Part shown: positions 9,289-19,132 of the stretch, piece after piece | Numbering within the stretch: position 1 is the stretch's first letter | Layout of the letters: each line of letters starts with the position of its first letter | From: Nostoc sp. DedSLP01 | Lineage (GTDB): Bacteria > Cyanobacteriota > Cyanobacteriia > Cyanobacteriales > Nostocaceae | Length of the DNA stretch: 64,000 nucleotides | Assembly: GCA_034530875.2 (NCBI GenBank) | Contig: JAVRCJ020000012.1 | Span: 128,001 to 192,000, forward strand | Direction of reading: 5' to 3' | Translations under genes and position numbers: made by a program | Notes under the pieces: generated by a model | What the model saw: the letters and a program-made list of their open reading frames with translations, nothing else | What the model was told of the DNA's origin: nothing | The model's database searches: none

Positions 9289-11031
9289 ATGTCTAGTTTT
9301 TTTCCTTGGTCGTCACTAAGAGTTGCTTTGCTAGTTCTGGGAATGACAACTGCCACAGTCACTCCCATCGCGATTTCTACACCAGCTTTATCTCAAAATA
9401 CCGTTCCAGGTAGCACTCCATCTGATACTCCATCTGTAACGCCATCTCCATCTGGAACACCATCCCCATCTGCAACACCATCAGCGCCAACTTCAACAGT
9501 TAATTTGTCAGACGTTACTTCAGATTACTGGGCGCGTCCATTTATTCAAGCACTAGCTGACAATAATGTAATTACTGGCTTTCCTGATGGCAGCTTTAGA
9601 CCAAATCAATCAGTAACACGTGCTGAATTTGCTGCCTTAATTCAAAAAGCTTTCGGTAACCAAAATCGAGTCCGCCAATTAAGCCCAGGTGGATTTAGTG
9701 ATGTTCCTGCTGGCTACTGGGCAGCTGCGGCAATTCAGAACGCCTACGAAATTGGGTTCTTGTCGGGTTATCCTGGAAATGTATTTAGACCAAATCAACA
9801 AATACCTAAAGTAGAAGCGATCGTTGCTATCAGCAATGGCTTGGGTTTATCTGGTGGCGATGCAAATACTCTTAACACTTCCTATAACGACGCCTCAGCT
9901 ATCCCGAATTATGCCGTCAACAGCGTGGCAGCAGCAACCCAAGCCAATCTTGTAGTTAACTACCCAGATGTCAAACAACTAAATCCCCAACAACCTCTAA
10001 CTCGCGCTGAAGCAGCAGCAATCTTATATCAAGCTTTAGTAAAGCAGGGACGACTGCAACCCGTTGCTAGCAACCTTCCAGCTGCTCAGTATATTGTTGG
10101 TGGAGTCGGTAGTACTCAAACAGGTAACGATATTGTTTCTCTGGCTGCATCCAGTAATTCTTTTACAACTTTAACTACTTTATTAAAAACAGCCGGTTTA
10201 GCCGAGACTCTTCAACAACCAGGTCCTTATACAGTTTTTGCTCCTACAGATGAAGCATTTGCTGCTTTACCCGCTTCTACTCTAGAACAGTTGCAGCAAC
10301 CCCAGAACAGAGAAGCATTAGTTAAGATTTTGAGTTATCACGTAGTTCCTGGCGCGGTAACTGCTAGTCAACTCACCTCTGGCGAACTGAAAACTTTTGA
10401 AGAAAGACCAGTAAATATTCAAGTCGATCGCGCTAACAATCAAGTCGCAGTCAATAATGCTAGAGTCATCCAAGCGGATGTTCCAGCCAGCAACGGTGTT
10501 ATCCATGCAATCAACCAAGTTCTAATTCCGCCAGATATCAACATCAGTCAGTTAAACCAGCAACCCCAAGAAGGTGGCAATGCTAATGGTGGAACTGGTG
10601 TAGATGTGGGTAGAGCTACTCGTGGTGGCAGAAGCTATATCGGTGTTGCTGGTAACATTGGTTTAAGCGGCAACGATACAGCTTTGAGCGAAGGTAACTT
10701 TACAGTCATCAGCAAACTTGGCTTGACAAACTACCTCTCAGTACGACCATCCGTGCTGTTTGGGGACGATACAATCTTTCTAGTTCCCCTAACTTACGAT
10801 TTCACTCCACGCGCAGCAGCTAGCGTAGGCGAACGCACATTAAGTATAGCCCCTTACATAGGTGCAGGCGTAGCCATTGAAGCTAATCTGGACACTGATT
10901 TTGGATTATTGCTAACTGGTGGTGTAGACGTTCCTCTAGGTTCTCGATTCACAGTTACAGGCGCTGTCAATGCTGCTTTTATGGATTCAACTGATGTCGG
11001 ATTGCTACTAGGTGTTGGCTACAACTTCTAA
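9289..11031 (+). CDS. S-layer homology (SLH) + fasciclin (FAS1) + C-terminal outer-membrane beta-barrel protein
   Basis: Signal peptide and Pro/Ser/Thr linker; SLH repeats (DVTSDYWARPFI...GFPDGSFRPNQSVTRAEFA); FAS1 motifs (YTVFAPTDEAF, YHVVPG, NGVIHAIN); C-terminal alternating strands ending GYNF. Confidence 0.88.
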   Translation: MSSFFPWSSLRVALLVLGMTTATVTPIAISTPALSQNTVPGSTPSDTPSVTPSPSGTPSPSATPSAPTSTVNLSDVTSDYWARPFIQALADNNVITGFPDGSFRPNQSVTRAEFAALIQKAFGNQNRVRQLSPGGFSDVPAGYWAAAAIQNAYEIGFLSGYPGNVFRPNQQIPKVEAIVAISNGLGLSGGDANTLNTSYNDASAIPNYAVNSVAAATQANLVVNYPDVKQLNPQQPLTRAEAAAILYQALVKQGRLQPVASNLPAAQYIVGGVGSTQTGNDIVSLAASSNSFTTLTTLLKTAGLAETLQQPGPYTVFAPTDEAFAALPASTLEQLQQPQNREALVKILSYHVVPGAVTASQLTSGELKTFEERPVNIQVDRANNQVAVNNARVIQADVPASNGVIHAINQVLIPPDINISQLNQQPQEGGNANGGTGVDVGRATRGGRSYIGVAGNIGLSGNDTALSEGNFTVISKLGLTNYLSVRPSVLFGDDTIFLVPLTYDFTPRAAASVGERTLSIAPYIGAGVAIEANLDTDFGLLLTGGVDVPLGSRFTVTGAVNAAFMDSTDVGLLLGVGYNF

Positions 11032-11044
11032 GTATTACTGATAT

Positions 11045-11071
11045 GGGCGCCCCTAAAAGGGCGCACTTTTT
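11045..11071 (+). terminator. Probable intrinsic terminator
   Basis: gcgccc-ctaaaa-gggcgc followed by acttttt, just after the stop codon. Confidence 0.6.
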
Positions 11072-11263
11072 GATTGTGCAAAAATTAGACAAATACATTA
11101 GACCTGCCACAAAAATCCAATTATCGAGGCAGGTCTTTTGATATTACAAACAGACTACACATTACATCAACGAAACTAAACTCCGTTGGTAAGTAGACGG
11201 ACATAATTCAATGTAAAATCCAAAGCAGTAAAACATTTTACTGTTGAGGGTTTTACCTTCTGG

Positions 11264-11383
11264 AGGCAGCGCGTTGCGGTGAGGGAATCGCAGTTTTGGC
11301 GGTTTCCGGCGATTGCGTTAGCGAGTTTTCGAGCGTCACTCCCGAACCCGAAGGGGGGTTTCCTCCGTTGTAGCGACTGCCGT
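11264..11383 (-). repeat. Small dispersed repeat interrupted by a second inserted element
   Basis: Outer halves match the 'gccag..gctacaacgg...ccgcaacgc.ctg.ct' repeat also seen at 22403 and 27164; about 75 nt of other sequence lies between the halves. Confidence 0.65.
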
Positions 11384-11430
11384 CCTTTTGCCTTTTGCCT
11401 CCTGCCTTCTCTTTAGAAATTGTCAAAAAA

Positions 11431-11808
11431 TTATTTTGAACAAGATTTACTGTTAGTGGGTGAATATTCAGGACAATTCTTAGCTTCTTCAGTGAGAACG
11501 AGAGAAGGTTGGACTGCACATTTGAGATAGTTATTGTTTGAATAAAATTGACAGTTTTTACAAGGAACTTTGTGTGGAGTCCTGATGGGAAAAACCATCT
11601 TGTAATCTAAAAATGACCGGATTTTTTGTATAACTATCAAAAAACCTAGCCAACCGATAATAAACCCAAGGGGCGATAAAGATACAGCTATATCGGGAAT
11701 AGTCAATTGATTGCTTGGTGCTTGCTCCTTTTTAATTTCATTCTGAATGACTGGATGTAAATTTCTATTTACTGCTACAGTTTCTGGCAGGATTTTATTT
11801 TCATACAT
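11431..11808 (-). CDS. Small membrane-anchored Cys-rich hypothetical protein
   Basis: One TM helix followed by VPCKNC...YLKCAVQP...NCPEY, a four-Cys motif common in cyanobacterial hypotheticals. Confidence 0.75.
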   Translation of the reverse strand: MYENKILPETVAVNRNLHPVIQNEIKKEQAPSNQLTIPDIAVSLSPLGFIIGWLGFLIVIQKIRSFLDYKMVFPIRTPHKVPCKNCQFYSNNNYLKCAVQPSLVLTEEAKNCPEYSPTNSKSCSK

Positions 11809-13242
11809 ATTATTTACCTTTCATTATTGTTTTGAATGCCTTAATTTTTTTGAAATTGTGGCTTATTAACCTTTGATGGTAGAGAGAAACCCCCGGATTT
11901 AACCGTCAAATTAATCCTGAATCCCTCTTGAAAGCCTTGATACCCGTGTCTTGTCGCAAAGCGTTTGCACTGGAAACTAGTGCTTTGACTTTTTAGCGTG
12001 CCAACTCTCTCTAAACGAGACGTTGTGCGGAAGTTGACGGTACGGATAGTGCAGCTAAAGTGTCGGGAGCAAGCGCCAGAAACTCGGCTAAAGGCTATGC
12101 AGGTGTCTATATTTAGTCAGGAAACCCGCCCAAGCAGCTAGCTGAACTTTTGTCTCCGACATGCTACGCGTAGCTTGCTTCTCCATAGGAGTACGCAAAA
12201 TCAACATCCAAAATTGTTTGGGTTATAAATTATTACTTGCAAAATCCTCCACTTTCTGGGTCTTAAAGATTTAGATATAAAAAATTAGGTAAGTAACAGT
12301 GTTGATAGATTAGACCCGTTTCGGTGTATTTTAATTAACTTAAAAATAATACACAGCTTTAAGTACATCAGATTAAACTTAAAATGCAGGATTTACAAAG
12401 TATTAATTATAGGTTTACCAAAATAATATTTCAGCCATATCTGTCAAGAGTTTTGCTTATATCTTGTAAAGATATATCTAAGGGAATAAATTATATAAGT
12501 TAATAAAAATTTTATGTTTTATGTTATTTTTTATAAAAAAATATGTTTGAGTTTGTTGGCGATCGCACTTCAATCAAAAAAAATGTAATATTAATTACTA
12601 AGCAGTTGTATACCAAGTAGAATTATACATTTGTTTAAATAATTACTTGCACAAAGAATTATATTTAAAATTCATTTGATTTGGTTAATTACCACTATCA
12701 GTTTTTGATTATCGATAAATTACCTTTGACTAGAGAAATTTGTGGGTTTAACAAAGCAGCGATCGCTATTCCTATTTTCACAATATTAAATACAATTTTG
12801 CTAACAATATTAGTTTATTTACTTTTACTTAAATTCTCCTTACTCTTAAATTATTCTTCTTTATTTTGAATGCAATTATTTTTTAATTGGCATCTTATTT
12901 ACTGGAGAGCATTCACTGAAGCTGAGGTTTTTAGAGTGCGTCTAGTGGCTCAATTGCTTTGGTAATTATGAATTCTGTTCTATGGGATATCGTAGCTAAA
13001 ATTACCTAAAATTTTAGGTAATTTTGAATATTTTAATACAAAAAGTTAAGTTTTAAGACAATCAATCAGCTAGTACATGCTTGATTTACAAATGCTCTGG
13101 ATCGTAGTAATAGACGTCTTAATGATAAAGCGAAATTTTTTTGCTCAGTAATTACGCAGATATGATATAAGACATATTATCTCCATTGATTGGAGCGTAA
13201 AAAACACTCAATCATGAGATTACAAATTACTAAATATTAATT

Positions 13243-14106
13243 TTGAGGCAACAATTGATGATAAGGTTTTGGCGAAAAACAAGAATCTTTGTTTTCACAA
13301 CAATTGTGCTGGCAATTCTGCTAATTTCTCACAATCTAGTACCCAAAGTTGAAGCACAACCTCCGATAACAGTAGCAGCAAATAACTTGCTTGAGCCACA
13401 AGCTGCAACACCACCAGTAGATGACTCGCGTGTTGCTGTAACTTATAGATCGCTACTGAATGTAGCTTCTCCTAATAGGTCGCTCAGTGCTTCTCCTGCG
13501 GTACTACCACCATTGCCTTATAGTTATGGTGGACTAACAAAAGCGATTGATATGGAGACAATGAAATTGCATCATGACGCACACCATGCTGCTTACGTCA
13601 ACAACTTAAATGATGCATTGAAGCAATATCCATATTTACAAAGAAGAAGTGTCGAGCAATTATTATTGAATTTGGACCTGGTACCTGAAAGTATTCGGAC
13701 AAAAGTACGTAATAATGCTGGCGGTCACCTCAACCATACAATTTTTTGGCAATTGATGAGTCCCCAAGGTGGCGGACAACCAACAGGAGGACTAGCTCAA
13801 GAAATTAACAAAACTTTTGGCAGTTTCAATGCCTTTAAAAAAGAGTTTGAAGCAGCTGGTGCAGCTCGCTTCGGTAGTGGATGGGTTTGGCTAGTACGTA
13901 ACCGCCAAAATCAACTCCAGATTGTCAGTACACCCAATCAGGATAGCCCGATTATGGACGGTTCCTACCCAATTATGGGTAATGATGTCTGGGAACACGC
14001 TTATTACTTGAAATATCGCAACCGTCGTGCAGAATATTTAAGTAATTGGTGGAATGTAGTCAACTGGCCGCAGATTCACAGACGATGGCAAGATTCATTA
14101 CAATAG
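13243..14106 (+). CDS. sodA: Mn superoxide dismutase with N-terminal membrane-targeting extension
   Basis: [32 protein letters not shown] (GGH favours Mn), FGSGWVWL and DVWEHAYY; hydrophobic leader. Confidence 0.9.
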   Translation: MRQQLMIRFWRKTRIFVFTTIVLAILLISHNLVPKVEAQPPITVAANNLLEPQAATPPVDDSRVAVTYRSLLNVASPNRSLSASPAVLPPLPYSYGGLTKAIDMETMKLHHDAHHAAYVNNLNDALKQYPYLQRRSVEQLLLNLDLVPESIRTKVRNNAGGHLNHTIFWQLMSPQGGGQPTGGLAQEINKTFGSFNAFKKEFEAAGAARFGSGWVWLVRNRQNQLQIVSTPNQDSPIMDGSYPIMGNDVWEHAYYLKYRNRRAEYLSNWWNVVNWPQIHRRWQDSLQ

Positions 14107-14357
14107 TCAACATAATTTTGAGCGATCGCTACTAAGGCTTAATAAGGGTAAGGTATTGCTTATAGGTGTCAACTTGCAGCAAGGAACAGGCAATAGGATT
14201 GATTTCAAGCATCACTATGTTATTGATGAAAAAATAAAATATTTGGAACCAGATGGCACAAACCACAAAGTTTCAATACGTCGTTACATAGATCCCCTCA
14301 TTTGAATTTTGGGGATTTTTTCATTGCCTATTACCTGTTCCCTTTGAATGCCAATAA

Positions 14358-15656
14358 TTACCAACTACGAAGTTTTAAAGCTCGTTTTTTGTAACGGAGT
14401 AGGCACAGTACAATAATTAGCAATACAAAGGCTTTGGTCGTGGATGGTTCCACAACTTTCTTTACTTCTGTATGGGTTTGATGAGTAACACTACAGGGAA
14501 TTTCAATAATCTGCGTGCGATCTAAACCGTTACTGTTATTGGGAGTCAAATCGCATTCTCTATTGCTGTTGAGAGACAACGGTGTAGATGTTGAAGAAGC
14601 AATAGATGATTGACTAGCAGAACTATCACCATCCAATAGTAGAAGCAAAATTAAACCAAGACCCCCGGCTGCGATTATTGGCCAGAGTGGGAAGGAATCA
14701 GAACTATCTTGTACCAAGACATCTCCCTCAGAGCCAGCAAATGTATCCAGGCTTAGTGTTTCACCTGTCAATACTGCTGGACTCTCACCCAGCAGCATAT
14801 CACCTGCCATATCTTCTCCCAAGAGCTGATTCAATTCTTGTGCAATGGCGTTATTCGGACGTCCGAATTCCCCACCGTCTTCGGAGTATGGAAAGGATAA
14901 TACTTCAAAAATCCTATTTTGGAGTTGGTTATAATCTCCAGAATTTAAGGCATTCAACCCTGTAGATATCTTATTTAAATAAAAATTCGTCATCTCTGGC
15001 GACAGACCCAGAGACTCAATCTGCTGCTTAATATTGGGAATTTTTGAGACTTCTTCAAACAGCAGCCGTCCGTATGAAAATTTTAAGTTTAGTAATCCAT
15101 TACGCAGGCTCAGAGAGTTATTAACTCCTGAGTATGGTGCCCAGTAGAACTGCTTGGTTACAAGTCCGAGTCCTTGTACTGGGTTACGGCCAAAATCTTG
15201 TCCGAGAAGGTATTGAGAACCATCCATGATTGTGGAAGATGGATTTTTCCAGAATGAGGCAAACGGCACCGCAGAGAGATTGGGATTGTTACCGTAAAAC
15301 TTGGCAAAATTCTGAAAGTTTTTCTCCCCTCCAGCTGCTCGTATCAGGAGATTCTGAGAACTAGTTCCACCGTTTAGTTCGAGTAATCGCTGGATAACCG
15401 TTCCCGTTTTATTGCAAGTCAAGCCAAATCCGACATCACATCCAGGAATTACTCGCATCTGGCTGAGATTCTGGTTATGGATTTGGTATTGGAGATACTC
15501 ATATTCGAGTCCTGGTTGAATACCATAGCGGCCGATATTTAGCTGTGCAAAAGCAGACTGACAGATAGTGAGTACTACTGCAACAGATGAAAATGCGATC
15601 GTTGCGAAGCGAACTGCATTCAGCATTGCACTTCTTTGAATAGTTGATTTAGGCAA
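14358..15656 (-). CDS. Exported protein with a PEP-CTERM-like C-terminal sorting segment
   Basis: Signal peptide ending AFA; C-terminus 'VVEPSTTKAFVLLIIVLCLLRYKKR'. Start placed at TTG 15656, 6 nt after GGAGG. Confidence 0.65.
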   Translation of the reverse strand: MPKSTIQRSAMLNAVRFATIAFSSVAVVLTICQSAFAQLNIGRYGIQPGLEYEYLQYQIHNQNLSQMRVIPGCDVGFGLTCNKTGTVIQRLLELNGGTSSQNLLIRAAGGEKNFQNFAKFYGNNPNLSAVPFASFWKNPSSTIMDGSQYLLGQDFGRNPVQGLGLVTKQFYWAPYSGVNNSLSLRNGLLNLKFSYGRLLFEEVSKIPNIKQQIESLGLSPEMTNFYLNKISTGLNALNSGDYNQLQNRIFEVLSFPYSEDGGEFGRPNNAIAQELNQLLGEDMAGDMLLGESPAVLTGETLSLDTFAGSEGDVLVQDSSDSFPLWPIIAAGGLGLILLLLLDGDSSASQSSIASSTSTPLSLNSNRECDLTPNNSNGLDRTQIIEIPCSVTHQTHTEVKKVVEPSTTKAFVLLIIVLCLLRYKKRALKLRSW

Positions 15657-15751
15657 GATATACCTCCACTGGGGACTGGCTGGGGATTGAGGACTGGGGT
15701 GAGGAGTTAGGAAGTTTTTTGCTGCTGTTTTGCTTGTTCTGTGTCCCGACT

Positions 15752-16393
15752 TCAACTTTGAGGTAAATCAATATTGATTGTGATTCCGGTACCTTTGAGA
15801 TTTCCTGATGAGAGTGTGTGATACAAGATCAATGCTCGATTTGGTTGGTCAAAGAGAAAGCCACGACGCGTGGGTTTAATCTTCCCTTGTTGAACTAGGG
15901 AAACGAAGGTTTCTAAATATCTACGTATACTTTGACGGTTCTCTTGATTCGGATTTATATGGCGCTCAATCACCATCATGAAGAAGTCCAAACTACGATT
16001 TTCCTGACCTTGAATTAGACTACCTCCATCTAGAAAAGAACTTGCTATCAGCCTGTTATTAACTTGTTTAACTTTAAATAGAGTAAAATAACGCCCTTCT
16101 TGTTTAGGATCGTTGGCATAACAGACCCAGGAACCTTCTTGATTCTGTGTAAAACCCTGTTCGGCAAGGTAAGAAAGCAAAGAATTATTTACCTTGGTTT
16201 GTGGTGGAGGTAATAAGTCTTCAATGGGATCTAAAGAACAAATCCTTTGGGTTATTCTCTGCTGAGGCACAGCATAAGTCTGTTGGTTATATAGGCGTAT
16301 AGGCTTGTCATCAGACAATGCAATATTAGACATTGCAGCCAACGCAGATACTTGAAAAATAAATGCTCCAAACAAACGAAAAATAGTATTCAT
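15752..16393 (-). CDS. Exported hypothetical protein
   Basis: 213-aa ORF with an N-terminal signal peptide; co-directional with the downstream PEP-CTERM-like gene. Confidence 0.75.
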   Translation of the reverse strand: MNTIFRLFGAFIFQVSALAAMSNIALSDDKPIRLYNQQTYAVPQQRITQRICSLDPIEDLLPPPQTKVNNSLLSYLAEQGFTQNQEGSWVCYANDPKQEGRYFTLFKVKQVNNRLIASSFLDGGSLIQGQENRSLDFFMMVIERHINPNQENRQSIRRYLETFVSLVQQGKIKPTRRGFLFDQPNRALILYHTLSSGNLKGTGITINIDLPQS

Positions 16394-16725
16394 CTTTTAC
16401 CTGTTACTTTTGGTTGCGTTATCAAGAATCAAGTCGTTTCTAAATCAGGATTGCTATAGTAGCTTTGAATTAGTTGCTAAATTTTAAGCATTTGCCTCAT
16501 CCAGCCAAGATTAGGCTAGATTTTCACCGTAGATTTCCAGTTCATAAAGTACATACACTATCTAAGTGCGATAGTTAGGCTGAGTGCCGCAAGACACAGC
16601 TGATTCTGATGCCTTAACGCAGCTTTGTTTGCTCTGCCCTTCAAATCTGCTGTATTAAACTTATCCAACGGTTACAAAAACAACTATCGCATTTGTTTTC
16701 TGGAATCGCCATAGCATTTTGAGGC

Positions 16726-16785
16726 ATTAGTCATTGGTCATTATTCATTAGTACCAATGGCTAATGACTAATAACTAATGACTAA
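16726..16785. repeat. STRR-type heptamer repeats in inverted arrangement
   Basis: cattagt/cattggt repeats facing ctaatga/ctaataa repeats. Confidence 0.6.
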
Positions 16786-17629
16786 AACAACATTTTTTTG
16801 ACAAGACCAAGTTTGCTTTTCGGTATTTTTTTACATGCGAAAAACAACTGACCCATTGCCAATTTTTTATATCTAAAATCTAAATTTCTGCCATTTTAAG
16901 AAGGCATTTTGATATACCTTCTTCTTCGTAATGTTTACTAAAAAATGGCTCGATTGAAGAATTAATAGCTTATATAACTATAATTATAAAAGCTACAAGC
17001 TTTGTACAGTAAGGGTTTTACTGAGATTTTGGTAAATTAAATAATGTTTTGTTTTTTTAGAGGTAGCACACCTAACTAGCTGTTTCAGCATGTTTGCAAT
17101 TGAATGTATAAAATCATATCTCTTGACAGTAAAATGATATTACCATGAGCTTGAGATGCGCAACACTTTTGTGGACAGTTGTCAAAGTTGTACATAGTAG
17201 ATCGTTACTACCAAATTTATTAAATTTTATGGCAAATACCTGAAATAAAAAATCAATTGACTCACACGCGCTTAGTATTTTAAAATCTGGTACTATTATT
17301 ATTTATTACAGTATATAAATGTGTTAAATATTACGTTAAGTTTAGTTACGTACGGTTAATTAATATATTGCGATCGCTCGATAAGGCTAGGTATGTAAAT
17401 TTTCAGTTGCAGGCGATCTCAACAAATTTCTTTTTACTTGTTCGCTGTTCTCTATTTCCTCTGTCTAGAAGTAATTTACATATTGTTATGGCAAAATGTA
17501 TGTCGTTAAATTTACTCTATAGATAGAGGAATGCCCAAAGCAAAGCTGATAATATTATATTAAGTAAGTGGGTAACTTTTTTGCCTAAAGTTATAAGATT
17601 AACTCAGTATTGTTACCAGCTTTGGCAAT

Positions 17630-18058
17630 ATGAATGCGGAATTTTTTTACAGGATTCCTTTAATACCTTTAACATTGCTCTGGCTAGCTTATGCTTTCCT
17701 GGGATGGTATCTTGCGGCTAATCATATTATTTGGTTAGTAGGAGCTTGTGTAGTTGCCATAGTTATAGCTGTAACTCGGAGAAGTATTGCTTGGTTAGAG
17801 CGTTTAGTTGAATTTGGTTCTAAAACCTTAGTCGTCATTTTATTTTTAAGCATATCAATTGCTTTAATAGCAACTTGGTCATTATTATTTAGTCTATTTC
17901 TGATACCATTAGCAACTACTCTTTTAGCTGATTTAGAAATGCGTTTTGCTGGTTTCAACAAACTAGATTCATTTTGGGTGTTAACATTGCTTGCAGTATT
18001 TGGTTTGCTCGTGGGTGAAATAATAGATATTCTATTTTTTCCGAGTATTAGATATTAA
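17630..18058 (+). CDS. Integral membrane hypothetical protein
   Basis: 142 aa, mostly hydrophobic helices. Confidence 0.75.
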   Translation: MNAEFFYRIPLIPLTLLWLAYAFLGWYLAANHIIWLVGACVVAIVIAVTRRSIAWLERLVEFGSKTLVVILFLSISIALIATWSLLFSLFLIPLATTLLADLEMRFAGFNKLDSFWVLTLLAVFGLLVGEIIDILFFPSIRY

Positions 18059-18250
18059 AAGAGAACTCAGAATTCCGAATTCAGTAATGCCCAAATGCGT
18101 GATTTGAAGTGATTCACTAGTGGCGTAGCAAGGCTAACGCGCCTGTAATTACTGAAGTTATATCATGTCCGGCTAATTATTTAATGATTACCGCATCTTT
18201 AGCAACATCCCAAAAGCATCTTCTCCCCTGCCCCCTGCCCCCTACCTTCT

Positions 18251-18982
18251 TCAATGCTGCTTTTTGGGCTGATTTGGTCGTTGTTTGATAGAAGGATTTG
18301 GGGATGGAGAATTTTGGACTGCTGGTTGCTTGGTCGCGTTTAATTCTTCTTGTAACATTTTCTGATAAATCTTAGGTAAAGAGTTACTAATAGAATTAGT
18401 TTCTATGCCATATCCCAAACTTGTCCAAGTGGGAGAAAGTAAGCGTAAAACATCATTTAATTTTCCCTGACGCAAAAGTTGAGAAATATCTGTTCCCCAA
18501 ACTTTTGGATCTTTTAACCAACGATAAACTACTAAGTCTTGATACTCTGCTTCAAAACTATAGTTAGTCCAAAACATCAACCGCATTGGTTTGGGATGGT
18601 AGCGAGGCGCTATACGGTACCACGTAGTATTAATTATTTGATATCTTCCAGCAGCAGTAGAACAATTACCTGTGTTAGGGCCTGTAATAATTGTGACGCA
18701 TATCTCAGGATGTCGGCTGAGGTCGCTGACTTGTTGTCCGCCATACAACAGAGAATAGGGACGGTTGCCATTTGCCTCACTTGCGGAGATGGTTCGCATT
18801 AAAGCGCGGATATAAGGGTCGCCTTGTTTCATCACCAAAGGTGGCTGTTTAACTTCAAAGATCGGATCGGAAGGCGATCGCAATTCTCCTTGAATATACC
18901 ACTGGAACAAATACACAAAGCCGAGAAGCGCTGCTATTGGCCCAATAAGTTTTTCAACGCCTTTGAATTCAATGCCTTTCAG
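18251..18982 (-). CDS. Lambda-lysozyme-like muramidase / lytic transglycosylase, probably N-terminally anchored
   Basis: 'RALMRTISASEANG...YSLLYGG...STAAGRYQI...WTSL' motifs. The frame stays open upstream to a CTG at 18982 preceded by AAGGAG. Confidence 0.8.
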   Translation of the reverse strand: MKGIEFKGVEKLIGPIAALLGFVYLFQWYIQGELRSPSDPIFEVKQPPLVMKQGDPYIRALMRTISASEANGNRPYSLLYGGQQVSDLSRHPEICVTIITGPNTGNCSTAAGRYQIINTTWYRIAPRYHPKPMRLMFWTNYSFEAEYQDLVVYRWLKDPKVWGTDISQLLRQGKLNDVLRLLSPTWTSLGYGIETNSISNSLPKIYQKMLQEELNATKQPAVQNSPSPNPSIKQRPNQPKKQH

Positions 18983-19064
18983 AGTCCGACTCCTTCTTAT
19001 TCGCTTTCTTAGCTAACAAAAATTACCGACGAACTCATTGTGACAAAGTTCACGTTTGTTGTCA

Positions 19065-19105
19065 GTTAACTGTTGGCTGTTGACAATCAACAGCCAACAG
19101 TTAAC
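19065..19105. terminator. Long palindrome, probable terminator downstream of the RTX gene
   Basis: gttaactgttggctgttga-caa-tcaacagccaacagttaac. Confidence 0.6.
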
Positions 19106-19132
19106 GATTATAGCGATGGGAGCTAATCGAGA

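Noticed and set aside
11253..11519. 88-aa minus-strand ORF
   Set aside because: It overlaps the real gene and runs through nested repeat DNA.
12200..13240. Specific transcription-factor sites or the 62-aa ORF in the long AT-rich region upstream of sodA
   Set aside because: No convincing consensus site (e.g. NtcA GTA-N8-TAC) was identified by eye; the ORF is low-complexity, AT-driven and lacks an RBS.
18251..18982. Prophage lysis gene
   Set aside because: No holin, structural or integrase genes nearby; more likely a host cell-wall enzyme.
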